Assembly (NCBI GenBank): GCA_044225365.1
Contig: JBGAIQ010000038.1
Coordinates: 1 to 55,660, forward strand
Length of the DNA stretch: 55,660 bases
Source: Planctomycetota bacterium
Lineage (GTDB): Bacteria; Planctomycetota; B15-G4; JADJEK01
Direction: 5' to 3'
Shown piece after piece: positions 10,599 to 20,580 of the stretch (its first letter is position 1; the number at the start of each line of letters is the position of its first letter). The position numbers and the translations under genes are program-made. The notes under the pieces were generated by a model, which did no database searches, was not told the DNA's origin, and was given only the letters and a program-made list of their open reading frames with translations.

Positions 10599-11126
10599 AT
10601 GCGACCCGAACACTGGAAGAACAAAGCTCAGCAGAAGCGCGACCGCGGATTCGAATTCCGTGAGCGCCGGGACGTTCGTCCGCGGCGCCCGCTCCCGCCG
10701 CGCCCGTTGCTCGATCGCCTGTTCGACACCGTCTGCGCCGAGGTCGGCGCGACGCGTGTTGCGTTCGACGTGCGCCGCGGCGACCTCGTCAAGGCGATCG
10801 TCGACCGCAAGACGGGCGAGGTCGACACCGAGTTCCTGATCCGGCTCATCCGCGGATTTCGTGACCTCATCGCGAACGCCGGCTTCGATCCCGAGGACCT
10901 CGAGATCGAATTCGACTCGCCGGGCGAGAACCGCGACATGCGGCGTCCCGAGCTATGGGAACGGTTCAAGGGCCGCCGCGTATCGATCGTCTTCACGACT
11001 CCCGATCCCACGATCCGGGTCACGCTGCTCGGCGCAGTCGAAGGCCGGCTGCACGTGCGCCGCGAGGACGGAACGGAAGCGCAGATCGATCCCGCCCAAC
11101 TCAAGACCATGCGACTCGAACCCTGA
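10599..11126 (+). CDS. RimP-like ribosome maturation factor (divergent)
   Basis: [29 protein letters not shown] resembles the RimP LEVSSPG..RPL....F.RF.G..V motif. Size (175 aa) and an Sm-like C-terminus fit. Confidence 0.65.
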   Translation: MRPEHWKNKAQQKRDRGFEFRERRDVRPRRPLPPRPLLDRLFDTVCAEVGATRVAFDVRRGDLVKAIVDRKTGEVDTEFLIRLIRGFRDLIANAGFDPEDLEIEFDSPGENRDMRRPELWERFKGRRVSIVFTTPDPTIRVTLLGAVEGRLHVRREDGTEAQIDPAQLKTMRLEP

Positions 11127-11210
11127 AACCCAATCCGCGCACGATCGTCGAACGATCGCCACGCGCGAACTCACGACCGAAACACCCGAAAGAGAATCGA
11201 AGAGATCCCC

Positions 11211-11561
11211 ATGGCGAACGAACCCGCATCGAAGTCCGCAGGCAAGCCGATCCACCTCGACGACGACTCCTTCGACGCCGCGATCGCGAGCGGACCGCAA
11301 CCCGTCCTCGTCGACTTCCACGCCGCCTGGTGCGGGCCGTGTCGCGCGCTCGCCCCGACCATCGACGCGCTCGCGACCGAGTACGCGGGCCGCGCCGTGA
11401 TCGCCAAGGTCGACGTCGACAAGGCACCGGGCGTCGCTTCGAAGCTCGCCGTCGGCTCGATCCCGACCATCATGATCTTCAAGGGCGGCAAGAGCGTCGA
11501 CCGCATCGTCGGCCTGGTGCCGAAGCCCACGTTGGCGGCGAAGCTCGACGCGGCGCTCTGA
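11211..11561 (+). CDS. trxA: Thioredoxin
   Basis: VLVDFHAAWCGPC and SIPT motifs; 116 aa. Confidence 0.95.
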   Translation: MANEPASKSAGKPIHLDDDSFDAAIASGPQPVLVDFHAAWCGPCRALAPTIDALATEYAGRAVIAKVDVDKAPGVASKLAVGSIPTIMIFKGGKSVDRIVGLVPKPTLAAKLDAAL

Positions 11562-11570
11562 CCGCGCGCC

Positions 11571-12950
11571 TCACTTGCCCTTCGCGAACGCCGCCGCGAT
11601 CGCGTCGAGCCGCGTCGCGAGGTCCTTCGCGTCGTGCCACTCGCCGCGAACCGCGACGCCGGCGATCTTCGTCGTGTTCGCGATGTCCGCGAGCGGATTG
11701 GCTTCGAGCAGGACGAGATCCGCGACGCGGCCGACGGCGAGTGTCCCCCACGCATCGTCCGCGCGCATGAATCGCGCGGCGTCGGCCGTCGCCGCGCGAA
11801 GCGCCTGATACGGAGTGAGTCCCGCATCGACGAACGCCACGAGTTCCTCGTGCAGCGAGAAACCGGCGACGACGTACGGATTGCCCTGGTCCGTGCCGAC
11901 GAGCAGCGGCGCGCCATGGTCGTGGAAGACCTTCACCGCGTGCTTGCGATCGACGTCGGCGCCGCGCATCGCCGCGATGTACTCGTCGGGCATCGACGCG
12001 AGGTACATCTGCGGTGAAGTCCAGTAAGCGAGGATCTGCGGATCGACGTACCGCATCTCGGGACGCGCCGCGAGTTCCTCGGCCGCCTTGCCCTTCGCCC
12101 ACTTCTGGATCGTGACCAGGGTCGGGCAGGACCAGAGTCCCGACCGCAAGCAGACTCGCGCGGCGGCAATCAGTTTCTCGTCGTCGAGCGTCTTCCACGC
12201 CGCCGCTTCGTCCTTGAATGCGATCGGCGCCGTGAAGGGTGAGTCCTTGCGCTGACAGCATTCGGACAACCCGGTGAGGTGCTCGAACGATTCTTGTCCC
12301 TCGTTCGCCGCATCGAACAGCGAGACGGCGTTCGGAACATGGCCCATGAATCGCATGTCGTGCTTCTTCGCCGCGGCGGCGATCGCCGAGTACGCGTCCG
12401 GTTTCAATCGCGAGTAGACCTTGAGGAAGTCGTATCCCGCGTCCTTCTGCTCGAGGACGATCTTCTCGGCGTCGGCGGGATCGTCGATCACCGCACTTCC
12501 GGGCCATACGGGCGGCTTGCCGTCGAGGATGGGACCCGCCGTGTAGATGCGCGGTCCGAGCCGCTCGCCCGCCGCGATCTCCTTGCGCCACTGGAGCTGC
12601 ATTGGCGAACCGAACATGTTGCGCACCGTCGTCACGCCGTTCGCGACGAACAGGGTGAGATCCGCTTCGGTCCACGCGTGAACATGCATGTCGGCGAGCC
12701 CCGGCATCAGCCACTTGCCGGTTCCGTCGATCACGGTCGCACCGTCCGGAACCGACACCTTTCCGTGCTCGCCGATTGCGACAATCCTTTCGCCTTCGAT
12801 CACGACGGTCCGATCGTCGTCCACCGCGTCGGTCGCGAGGGCGACGACGTGAACGTGATCGACGACGAGCACGGGCGACGATGGCGTCGACGCGACGGAG
12901 GCAAGGGACGCGAGAATCGCGATCGCGATGAGAGCCACATTCAACTCCAT
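11571..12950 (-). CDS. Secreted metal-dependent amidohydrolase family protein
   Basis: Motifs [28 protein letters not shown] and GTD. Hydrophobic N-terminus from ATG 12950. Confidence 0.88.
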   Translation of the reverse strand: MELNVALIAIAILASLASVASTPSSPVLVVDHVHVVALATDAVDDDRTVVIEGERIVAIGEHGKVSVPDGATVIDGTGKWLMPGLADMHVHAWTEADLTLFVANGVTTVRNMFGSPMQLQWRKEIAAGERLGPRIYTAGPILDGKPPVWPGSAVIDDPADAEKIVLEQKDAGYDFLKVYSRLKPDAYSAIAAAAKKHDMRFMGHVPNAVSLFDAANEGQESFEHLTGLSECCQRKDSPFTAPIAFKDEAAAWKTLDDEKLIAAARVCLRSGLWSCPTLVTIQKWAKGKAAEELAARPEMRYVDPQILAYWTSPQMYLASMPDEYIAAMRGADVDRKHAVKVFHDHGAPLLVGTDQGNPYVVAGFSLHEELVAFVDAGLTPYQALRAATADAARFMRADDAWGTLAVGRVADLVLLEANPLADIANTTKIAGVAVRGEWHDAKDLATRLDAIAAAFAKGK

Positions 12951-13177
12951 GTCCGAGGTGGGATCGGGATAAGCCGTCACGCAGCATATCGGGTCCGCGA
13001 GCGGTGAGCATTCTTCCGGAAACGCCGCTTGAGTCGCAGGTTCGAAACTCCAGGTCGCCGCGCCTCCGACCCCCCTCTCGCGGCTCGAAAGCTGGTAGCA
13101 CCGCCCTGCTTTTTGTGGCAGAATCTTCCGTTTCGATCCTTGTCACGAAACTCACCATCATCGACAGGTCCAGGCTC

Positions 13178-14926
13178 ATGACCACGAATCGCGCGCTCGC
13201 TTCCTGGGTGGACGAAGTCGCCCGTCTCACGCAACCGGACAAGATCGTCTGGTGCAATGGCTCGGAACAGGAGAACAAGGACCTGATCCAGCTCATGCTC
13301 AAGGCGGGGACGCTGACCGAACTCGACCAGGCCAAGTGGCCGGGTTGCTACCACCACAAGAGCGACGTCAACGACGTCGCCCGCGTCGAGCACCTCACGT
13401 TCATCTGCTGCGAGAACAAGGACGACGCCGGCCCGACGAACAACTGGAAGTCGCCGTCCGAGATGCGCGACATCATGCTCCCGCTCTACACGGGCTGCAT
13501 GAAGGGCCGCACGATGTACGTGGTCCCCTACCTGATGGGCCCGGCCGGCAGCAAGCTGTCAAAGGTCGGCATCGAGATCACCGACAGCCCCTATGTGGTC
13601 GCGAACATGCGCATCATGACTCGCATGGGCGACGTGGCCTTGAAGCACCTCGGCGACAGCACGGACTTCTGCAAGGGCCTGCACTCGGTCGGCCAGCTCG
13701 ACCCGAATCGCCGCTTCATCGCTCACTTCCCCGAGACTCGCACGATCTGGTCGTTCGGCTCGGGCTACGGTGGAAACGCGCTGCTCGGCAAGAAGTGCTT
13801 CGCGCTTCGCATCGCGAGCACGATGGGTCGCGACGAGGGCTGGCTCGCCGAGCACATGCTGATCGTCGGCATCCAGAATCCGCAGGGTAAGACCCACTAC
13901 GTGGCTGCGGCCTTCCCGAGCGCCTGCGGCAAGACCAATCTGGCGATGCTCGTCCCGCCGCCCGAGATGAAGGGTTGGAGGGTGTTCACGGTCGGCGACG
14001 ACATCGCGTGGATGCGCTTCGGGCCCGATGGCCGCCTCTACGCGATCAATCCCGAGAACGGCTTCTTCGGCGTCGCGCCCGGCACGGGCGAGGACACCAA
14101 CCCGAATGCTCTCGCGTCGACCCGGAAGAACACGATCTTCACCAACACGGCCGTGACGAAGGATCGCCAACCGTGGTGGGAAGGCATGTCGAAGACGCCG
14201 CCCGAAGGCATGACCGACTGGAAGGGCAATCCCTGGCAGCCGGGCACGCCCGCCGCGCACCCGAACTCCCGCTTCACGTCGCCGGCGCAGCAGTGCCCGT
14301 CCATCTCGCCGGAGATGGAGAACCCGATGGGCGTGCCGATCAGCGCGATCGTGTTCGGCGGTCGTCGTGAGCGCCTCGCCCCGCTCGTCTACCAGTCGTT
14401 CGACTGGAACCACGGCGTGTTCGTCGGCGCGGGTATGGGCAGCGAGACCACGGCCGCGGCGACCGGTGCCGTCGGTGTCGTGCGTCGCGATCCGTTCGCC
14501 ATGCTTCCGTTCTGCGGATACAACATGGGCGACTACTGGAATCACTGGCTGAAGATCGGCACCAAGACGACGGCCGACAAGCTGCCGAAGATCTTCCACG
14601 TGAACTGGTTCAGGAAGAGCAAGGAAGGCAAGTTCCTGTGGCCGGGCTTCGGCCAGAACATGCGCGTCCTGCAGTGGATCCTCGATCGCTGCGAGGGCAA
14701 GGGCGCGGCGGTCGACTCTCCGATCGGCCAGGTCCCGGCGCCGAACGCGCTCAATGTCGAAGGTCTGAAGTCCAGTCCGGAATCGCTCGCCGAGTTGATG
14801 TCGATCGACAAGAACGACTGGAAGACCGAGGCCAAGGGAATCGGCGAGTACTTCGGCACCTTCGGCTCGCGTCTGCCCGCCGAGATGAAGGCTCAACAGG
14901 AAGCGCTCGTGAAGCGCCTCGGCTGA
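13178..14926 (+). CDS. pckG: Phosphoenolpyruvate carboxykinase (GTP)
   Basis: Motifs [43 protein letters not shown] and AHPNSRF. Start ATG 13178. Confidence 0.97.
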   Translation: MTTNRALASWVDEVARLTQPDKIVWCNGSEQENKDLIQLMLKAGTLTELDQAKWPGCYHHKSDVNDVARVEHLTFICCENKDDAGPTNNWKSPSEMRDIMLPLYTGCMKGRTMYVVPYLMGPAGSKLSKVGIEITDSPYVVANMRIMTRMGDVALKHLGDSTDFCKGLHSVGQLDPNRRFIAHFPETRTIWSFGSGYGGNALLGKKCFALRIASTMGRDEGWLAEHMLIVGIQNPQGKTHYVAAAFPSACGKTNLAMLVPPPEMKGWRVFTVGDDIAWMRFGPDGRLYAINPENGFFGVAPGTGEDTNPNALASTRKNTIFTNTAVTKDRQPWWEGMSKTPPEGMTDWKGNPWQPGTPAAHPNSRFTSPAQQCPSISPEMENPMGVPISAIVFGGRRERLAPLVYQSFDWNHGVFVGAGMGSETTAAATGAVGVVRRDPFAMLPFCGYNMGDYWNHWLKIGTKTTADKLPKIFHVNWFRKSKEGKFLWPGFGQNMRVLQWILDRCEGKGAAVDSPIGQVPAPNALNVEGLKSSPESLAELMSIDKNDWKTEAKGIGEYFGTFGSRLPAEMKAQQEALVKRLG

Positions 14927-14950
14927 CCTCCCGCTCTTCACGGTGTGACT

Positions 14951-14986
14951 CGAACGACCGCCGGCGATCGCGCCGGCGGTCGTTCG
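14951..14986. terminator. Perfect 16-bp hairpin between convergent pckG and terC; likely bidirectional terminator
   Basis: CGAACGACCGCCGGCG-ATCG-CGCCGGCGGTCGTTCG, followed only by a weak T tract (TCGTTT). Confidence 0.7.
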
Positions 14987-14991
14987 TCGTT

Positions 14992-15942
14992 TCATGGCAG
15001 GGCGGCCTTCGTCTTGCGCTGCGGCGCGGTCTTGATCAGCGACGCGATGACCGAGATGCCGAGGATGGCGGCGATCACTCCGAGCGAGATGCCGATCGGC
15101 ACCTTGTAGTACTGCGCCACGATCATCTTCGCGCCGACGAAGACGAGAACGAGCGCGAGGCCGATCTTGAGATAGGCGAAGCGGTCCATCACTCCGGCGA
15201 GCAGGAAGTACAGCGAACGCAGTCCGAGGATCGCGAAGATGTTCGACGTGAACACGATGAACGAGTCCTGGGTCACCGCGAAGATGGCGGGAATCGAGTC
15301 GACCGCGAATACCACGTCGGTCGCTTCGACCGCCAGCAACGCGAGGAAGAGCGGCGTCGCGCACCAGGCGCCTCGTTCGCGAACGAAGAAGCTCGAACCG
15401 TGGTACCGATCGGTCGCGGGGAAGAAGCGCCGGTACACTCGCACGATCGGGTTCTTCGAAGGATCCATCTTCTCGTCGCGCTGCAGCATCAGCTTGATGC
15501 CGGTGAGCGCGAGAAGGATGCCGAAGACCCAGATCATCCAATGGAATCGCGCCAGGAGCTCGCCGCCGATCACGATGAACACGGCGCGCAACGCGAGGGC
15601 GCCCAGGATGCCCCAGAACAGGATTCGGTGCTGGTAAGTCGCGGGCACGGCGAAGTACGAGAAGATGACGGCGAACACGAAGATGTTGTCGACCGAGAGC
15701 GCTTTCTCGATCAGGTAGCCGGTGAGAAACTCGAGCCCTCTCGCCTCACCGTAGAAGTGCCAGACACCGCCGCTGAAAGCGAGGGCGAGCGCGATCCAGA
15801 CCGCGCTCCAAACGGTCGCTTCCTTCAGCGTGACCGCATGCGCGTTCCTGTGGAAGACGCCGAGGTCGAGCGCCAGCATCGCAATCACGAAGGCGAGGAA
15901 ACCCGCCCACATCGTGAAGTCGCCGATCGAAGTGATTTCCAT
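14992..15942 (-). CDS. TerC/Alx family membrane protein
   Basis: Motifs FLTGYLIEKALSVDNIFVF, TDVVFAVDSIPA and TSNIFAILGLRSLYF. Confidence 0.95.
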   Translation of the reverse strand: MEITSIGDFTMWAGFLAFVIAMLALDLGVFHRNAHAVTLKEATVWSAVWIALALAFSGGVWHFYGEARGLEFLTGYLIEKALSVDNIFVFAVIFSYFAVPATYQHRILFWGILGALALRAVFIVIGGELLARFHWMIWVFGILLALTGIKLMLQRDEKMDPSKNPIVRVYRRFFPATDRYHGSSFFVRERGAWCATPLFLALLAVEATDVVFAVDSIPAIFAVTQDSFIVFTSNIFAILGLRSLYFLLAGVMDRFAYLKIGLALVLVFVGAKMIVAQYYKVPIGISLGVIAAILGISVIASLIKTAPQRKTKAALP

Positions 15943-15948
15943 GATCGT

Positions 15949-16245
15949 TCAGTCGAAGAGTTCGGTGAGGGTCGAGAGGAAACCACGCTTGCGCTCGGGG
16001 TGACGGTCGCCCCGGCGAAGCGCGTCGTGGTCATCGCCGTCCCAGGAATCGTCGTCGCGGTCGCGAGGACGCGACGGTGGATGGCGCGCCCGCTCGGCGT
16101 CGAACTCCGATGCGATTCGAGAGAGGATGCGCTCCAGCTCGCCGCGATCGAGCCAGATGCCGCGACAATCGGGACAGGTGTCGATCGTGACGCCGTCGCG
16201 CTGCTTCTCGTCGAGGATCTCGTTCTCACAACGTGGGCACTGCAT
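15949..16245 (-). CDS. zf-TFIIB-like zinc-ribbon protein
   Basis: MQCPRC...IDTCPDCRGIWLDRGELE, with charged tail and C-terminal FL..L.ELFD. Confidence 0.85.
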   Translation of the reverse strand: MQCPRCENEILDEKQRDGVTIDTCPDCRGIWLDRGELERILSRIASEFDAERARHPPSRPRDRDDDSWDGDDHDALRRGDRHPERKRGFLSTLTELFD

Positions 16246-16333
16246 ATCGATTCCTTTCGTGGGAAGACCGCTTCGAACGGGTCCTTTTCTAGCTGCCGTG
16301 GAGAAGTTGATTCTTCGCAAGGTGGTTGTTTTC

Positions 16334-16350
16334 GCGTAGGTTTTCTCGAC
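16334..16350. promoter_or_regulatory. Candidate LysR (T-N11-A) box in the divergent nhaR/zf-TFIIB intergenic region
   Basis: gT-AGGTTTTCTCG-Ac has an AT-rich core and lies ~30 bp upstream of the LysR start, the usual LTTR autoregulatory position. Confidence 0.35.
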
Positions 16351-16376
16351 ATGTGAATCGACCGAAGGAACCCGCG

Positions 16377-17279
16377 ATGGAATGGCTGAACTATCACCAC
16401 CTGCTCTACTTCTTCATCACGGCACGCGAGGGCGGCGTGACCCGCGCGAGCGAGGTCCTGCATCTGTCGCATCCCACGATCAGCGGCCAGATCCGGATGC
16501 TCGAGCGGTCGCTCGGCGAGAAGCTGTTCAAGAAGAAGGGCCGCGGGCTCGAACTCACCGAGGTTGGACGCCACGTCTTCCACTACGCGGAGGAGATCTT
16601 CACGCTCGGCCGTGAGCTCCAGGAGAGCGTGAAAGGGCGACCGACGGGTCAACCCGTGCGGCTCGTGGTGGGCGTCGCGGACGTGGTGCCGAAGCTCATC
16701 GTGCGCCGCTTGCTCGAACCCGCACTCGCACGCATCAAGGACCTTCGCCTCGTGGTCCGCGACGACAAGTCGGCCGCACTGATCGCCGCGATCGCATCGT
16801 TCGAAGTCGACGTCGTCATCACGGACGCACCGCTGCCCCCGGGATCCCTCGTTCGTGCCTTCAATCACGAACTCGGTTCGTCGGCGACCGCGCTCTACGC
16901 CGCGCCATCCCTCGCGAGGTCCCTGCGCAGGCGGTTCCCGAAAGCGCTCGATGGCGCTCCGTTCCTGCTTCCCACCTCGGGGACGCAATTGCGCCGTTCG
17001 CTCGATCAATGGCTCGATCGCCACGGCATTCGTCCCAAGGTGGTCGCCGAGATCGAAGACAGTGCGTTGCTGAAGACCTTCGGCAAGGACGGTCTCGGCG
17101 TGTTTCCCGCGCCGATCGCCATCGAGAAGGAGATCGCAGACCGCTACCGCTGCGTGCGCGTCGGTCTCCTCGATGGAGTCCGCGAGCGGTTCTTCGCGAT
17201 CTCTCCAGAGAAGCGCCTCAAGAACGAAGGGGTCGTCGCCGTGCTCGAAGCCGCACGGGAAGAACTCTTCTCGAGTTGA
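16377..17279 (+). CDS. nhaR: NhaR-like LysR-family transcriptional activator
   Basis: N-terminus MEWLNYHHLLYF, HTH motif PTISGQIRMLE, then VGVADVVPK and EIEDSALLKTFG. Confidence 0.85.
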   Translation: MEWLNYHHLLYFFITAREGGVTRASEVLHLSHPTISGQIRMLERSLGEKLFKKKGRGLELTEVGRHVFHYAEEIFTLGRELQESVKGRPTGQPVRLVVGVADVVPKLIVRRLLEPALARIKDLRLVVRDDKSAALIAAIASFEVDVVITDAPLPPGSLVRAFNHELGSSATALYAAPSLARSLRRRFPKALDGAPFLLPTSGTQLRRSLDQWLDRHGIRPKVVAEIEDSALLKTFGKDGLGVFPAPIAIEKEIADRYRCVRVGLLDGVRERFFAISPEKRLKNEGVVAVLEAAREELFSS

Positions 17280-17294
17280 ACGAAGTCCGCCGCT

Positions 17295-18884
17295 TCAGGC
17301 GGGCTTCGGCTTGGGCGAGTCGAGCGCGATCGCTTTCAGCCATTTGAGGATCTCGTCGAGGCACTTCGCCGGCTGCGTGCCGACGCCATTCGTGAGACGG
17401 ACCGCGATCACGATCCGATGCAGGTGTTCGATCGCGTGCACCGCGACGCGTGCCTCGTTACCGCGCGACCCGTACTCATGGATCGACACGAATTCCTTGT
17501 CGGGGTATTGCCCGAGCTTCGACTTCTTCGGCTTCGGCGCGAGTTTGGGATCGTCGACCGGCGGGAGCCCCGCCAGGAATCGATCGCACACCCAACCCGT
17601 CGGGTCGGTACTGACCGGCGTGCCGTCGAGAACCGCGATCGACGAGAATCCGTAATCGAACATGCCCGTGTTCGGAGCGGGGACGCGGACGGCGATGCAG
17701 CCGGCCTCGCTCGCGTTGAAGAAGGCCCACCCCTCGGGAAGGTTCGCCTTGACGGCGACGCCGAGATACGGGTTCTCGTACTTGCCCTTGATGACGAACT
17801 CGGCGTTCGCGTCGGAGCCGATCGACTGGACCATCGTCATGAGATCGCGGAGCTTCAGGCCCGCGAGCGGGTTCGTGGCGTCCTTGCCGTCATCGATCGT
17901 CGCTTCCGGCGCGACCGCCTTGTCGCGGACGTAGGTGAACGTCTCGAGGATCGTGCGGCACTGCTCGACGATCTGATCCTTCTTCGGTCCACGGGCGAGG
18001 ATCTCGAACGCCGGGAAGAACGCGCCGTCCGACGGGACGTCGACTTCGAGATGACAAGGCTGGTCCGAGACGAGTTCGATGCCAGCGCGAACCACTCGAC
18101 GGACCTTGACGCCGGACGCCAGCATTTCGTCGGTCTCTGTCTTCACGTCGAGCTTGGCGAAACGTGCGCGATCGAGCTTGCGGAAGATCTTCCCGGGTTT
18201 GGTCTTTCCGGCCTCGAGGGTGCGTTGCGCGCTCTGCCCGTCGCCGCCCTCGAGGAGATAGACGCGGATGCGCCCGATGATGTCGCCGGTCTCGTCGCGC
18301 TGTAGGGCGATCACCTTCGAACTCTGCGCCTCGAGGATCTCCCACTCCTTGGAGAGGACGAAGCGCATGTCCCCGTAACCGCCGCTGAAGCCGTCCTGAG
18401 TGGCGAAGTGCGAGACGCAGGTCGTACGGTTCGCCTGGAACTGGAGCTTCTGATCCTGCTCGACGCGTTCGAGTCGCCCGAAGGGTGCATCGATCTTCGT
18501 GAGGTAGTCGAGACCGATGCCCTGGCCACCACCCCCGCCGCCTCCGCGGCCTCCACCCCCACCTCCTCCACCCCCGCGACCGCCACCGCCTGCGGGGTCG
18601 CCCTCGCCCTCGCGATCCCCGGGCTCGTCCCCCGCGGCGTCGTCCTCGGCCGCCTTCAACTTGGGATCCGCCTCGACGAGGAAGCCCGCGCCCTTGAAGA
18701 CCAGCTTGCCGACGCGCATCGTTCCGTCGCGCTCGACGACGCGGAACGGGGACGGCGCCTTCGGTTCCTCCTTCTCCTTCTCCTTCGCGCTGCCACCGTG
18801 CGACTGCGCGTGCGCGGTTGCGCAATGGAGTCCGAGGATCGCGACGGCGAAGGCCACGCTCCGAAGCGAAGGTAGGGTCATCAT
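17295..18884 (-). CDS. Secreted hypothetical protein with acidic/Gly-rich (RGG) insert
   Basis: Signal peptide ending ATAHA-Q, host-like codon usage, and GGAGG-like RBS upstream of 18884. Confidence 0.75.
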   Translation of the reverse strand: MMTLPSLRSVAFAVAILGLHCATAHAQSHGGSAKEKEKEEPKAPSPFRVVERDGTMRVGKLVFKGAGFLVEADPKLKAAEDDAAGDEPGDREGEGDPAGGGGRGGGGGGGGGRGGGGGGGQGIGLDYLTKIDAPFGRLERVEQDQKLQFQANRTTCVSHFATQDGFSGGYGDMRFVLSKEWEILEAQSSKVIALQRDETGDIIGRIRVYLLEGGDGQSAQRTLEAGKTKPGKIFRKLDRARFAKLDVKTETDEMLASGVKVRRVVRAGIELVSDQPCHLEVDVPSDGAFFPAFEILARGPKKDQIVEQCRTILETFTYVRDKAVAPEATIDDGKDATNPLAGLKLRDLMTMVQSIGSDANAEFVIKGKYENPYLGVAVKANLPEGWAFFNASEAGCIAVRVPAPNTGMFDYGFSSIAVLDGTPVSTDPTGWVCDRFLAGLPPVDDPKLAPKPKKSKLGQYPDKEFVSIHEYGSRGNEARVAVHAIEHLHRIVIAVRLTNGVGTQPAKCLDEILKWLKAIALDSPKPKPA

Positions 18885-19096
18885 TTCCTCCGAAGCGTTC
18901 AGAAGCCGTCTCGTGCGGTCGCTGACCGTAGGGGCGTCGAGCACCAATATCGAAACCAGCGCCCATGGAAACAAGGAGGAGCCTCGGATCTTTCGGTTCA
19001 GGGAGGGCGCTGCCCCTGCCTCGACGCTTCCGGATGCCCCTGAGAACAAAACCCAGGCCAAGTTGCGATCATCGGCTATAGTTTCCCCCTACGTTC

Positions 19097-20461
19097 GTGG
19101 CATCGGCGAATCAGGCGCCGAACGAACCCGACCTAAAGACCACAGCCCGAGTCAGTCGAGAACGACGAGGCATGCGCGGACCCCTCAACCGAATCTTTGC
19201 GACCACCGGCTCGCTGAAGACGCAGGCGAAGATCGCTCGCCGCTATCTCTATGCGTTCCAGCATCATGGCAGCCTTCGGAAGTACTGGAACTTCCTGAAG
19301 GTGGAGTGGGCCCGTTGGCGCGGCAAGGAGATCGTCGACGGCTTCCCCTATGTCCTCAAGATCGAGTCGACGAACATCTGCAACCTCGAGTGCCCGTTCT
19401 GCCTCGATCGCGATCGCAGCACGTTCAAGGGTGAGGGCATGCGCGGCTTCGGCCGCATGAAGTCCGACTTCTTCAAGCACATCATCGACGAGCTGAAGCC
19501 GTACGCGTTCAACGTGAATCTCTACGGCTCGGGCGAGCCTCTGCTCTTCCCCGAAGCGTACGAAATGATGCGGTATGCCGCCGACAACGACATCGGCGTG
19601 CGCGTCTCGAGCAATCTCTCGATGCGGGACTTCACGGACGAGATGGCGGAGAAGGTCGTCACCTCCGGCATCGAACACCTGATCATCTCGTGCCACGGCG
19701 CGAGTCAGGAGACGTACGAGAAGTACATGGTCGGCGGCAACTTCGAGCGCGTCATCGCGAACATGCGAAAGTTGGTCGCCGCCCGCAAGCGCCTCGGCCG
19801 GAAGACGCCGTTCATGGACTGGCAGTTCCTGCTGTTCAGCCACAACCAGCACGAGACGAAGAAGGCGCAGCAGATGGCCGACGACATCGGCATCGACTTC
19901 CTGCGTCTCATCTACCCGAACATTCCGCCCGAGTTCAAAGACGAGTGGAAGCCGAAGGCCGAAGGCGAGGCGCAGGACTACCAGCCCGTCGCCCCCGCGG
20001 CCGAGAGCAAGCCCGCCGCGAAGACGGCGAGCGCGCCGAGCGCAACCGGCTCTTCCGCACCGCCGAAGGCCGCTGCGAAGAAGTTGCCGAAGATCAAAGT
20101 CGAGCGCTGCTCGTGGCCCTATCGCTCGATCTACTTCAACTGGGACGGCGGCATCCTTCCGTGCTGCGATGGCACGACGAAGCCGGCATTCGATCTCGGC
20201 AAGTTCGACGAGAAGTCGACGATCCAGGCGATCTGGAACGGCCCCGACTACGTCAATGTGCGGCGCTACTCCAACTTCAAAGTGGCTCCGCAGGACATGG
20301 ACCGGCGGTATACCTGCGCGTCCTGCCTGAAACCGCTCGCGCCGTTCATGATCCAGGAGAAGGGCCTCCCCCTCGACCCTGCGATCGAACACGCGATCAA
20401 CCACACGCTCTCGAACGCGAAGAACCCGGCCGTTCCGATCGTTCGCCACGCGAACGCGTGA
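19097..20461 (+). CDS. Radical SAM protein with SPASM/twitch domain
   Basis: CNLECPFC motif, GSGEPLL, and C-terminal CSWPY...DGGILPCC...CASC. Alternative start ATG 19172. Confidence 0.92.
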   Translation: MASANQAPNEPDLKTTARVSRERRGMRGPLNRIFATTGSLKTQAKIARRYLYAFQHHGSLRKYWNFLKVEWARWRGKEIVDGFPYVLKIESTNICNLECPFCLDRDRSTFKGEGMRGFGRMKSDFFKHIIDELKPYAFNVNLYGSGEPLLFPEAYEMMRYAADNDIGVRVSSNLSMRDFTDEMAEKVVTSGIEHLIISCHGASQETYEKYMVGGNFERVIANMRKLVAARKRLGRKTPFMDWQFLLFSHNQHETKKAQQMADDIGIDFLRLIYPNIPPEFKDEWKPKAEGEAQDYQPVAPAAESKPAAKTASAPSATGSSAPPKAAAKKLPKIKVERCSWPYRSIYFNWDGGILPCCDGTTKPAFDLGKFDEKSTIQAIWNGPDYVNVRRYSNFKVAPQDMDRRYTCASCLKPLAPFMIQEKGLPLDPAIEHAINHTLSNAKNPAVPIVRHANA

Positions 20462-20580
20462 TCGCAAAGAACTCGCGGCGTGTTACCGTTCGACTCGCAT
20501 GAGTTAGAACGGAGCGCCGCCGACCGCCGCGCGCCTCGCCGTCCTGCCTCCGCGACCGCGCTCAATCCCGGGAATCGACC

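Noticed and set aside
7967-10663. 898-aa plus-strand ORF
   Set aside because: Antisense shadow of tkt/SEC-C, caused by high-GC codon bias.
18522-18594. G-rich tract as a G-quadruplex or microsatellite
   Set aside because: Explained by poly-Gly coding with mixed codons; loops between the long G runs are 9-19 nt.
20486-20512. Imperfect hairpin after the rSAM gene
   Set aside because: Short, bulged and lacking a U-tract; insufficient to call a terminator.
18885-20580. RiPP precursor for the rSAM/SPASM enzyme
   Set aside because: No credible small ORF, RRE domain, or dedicated peptidase/transporter adjacent.
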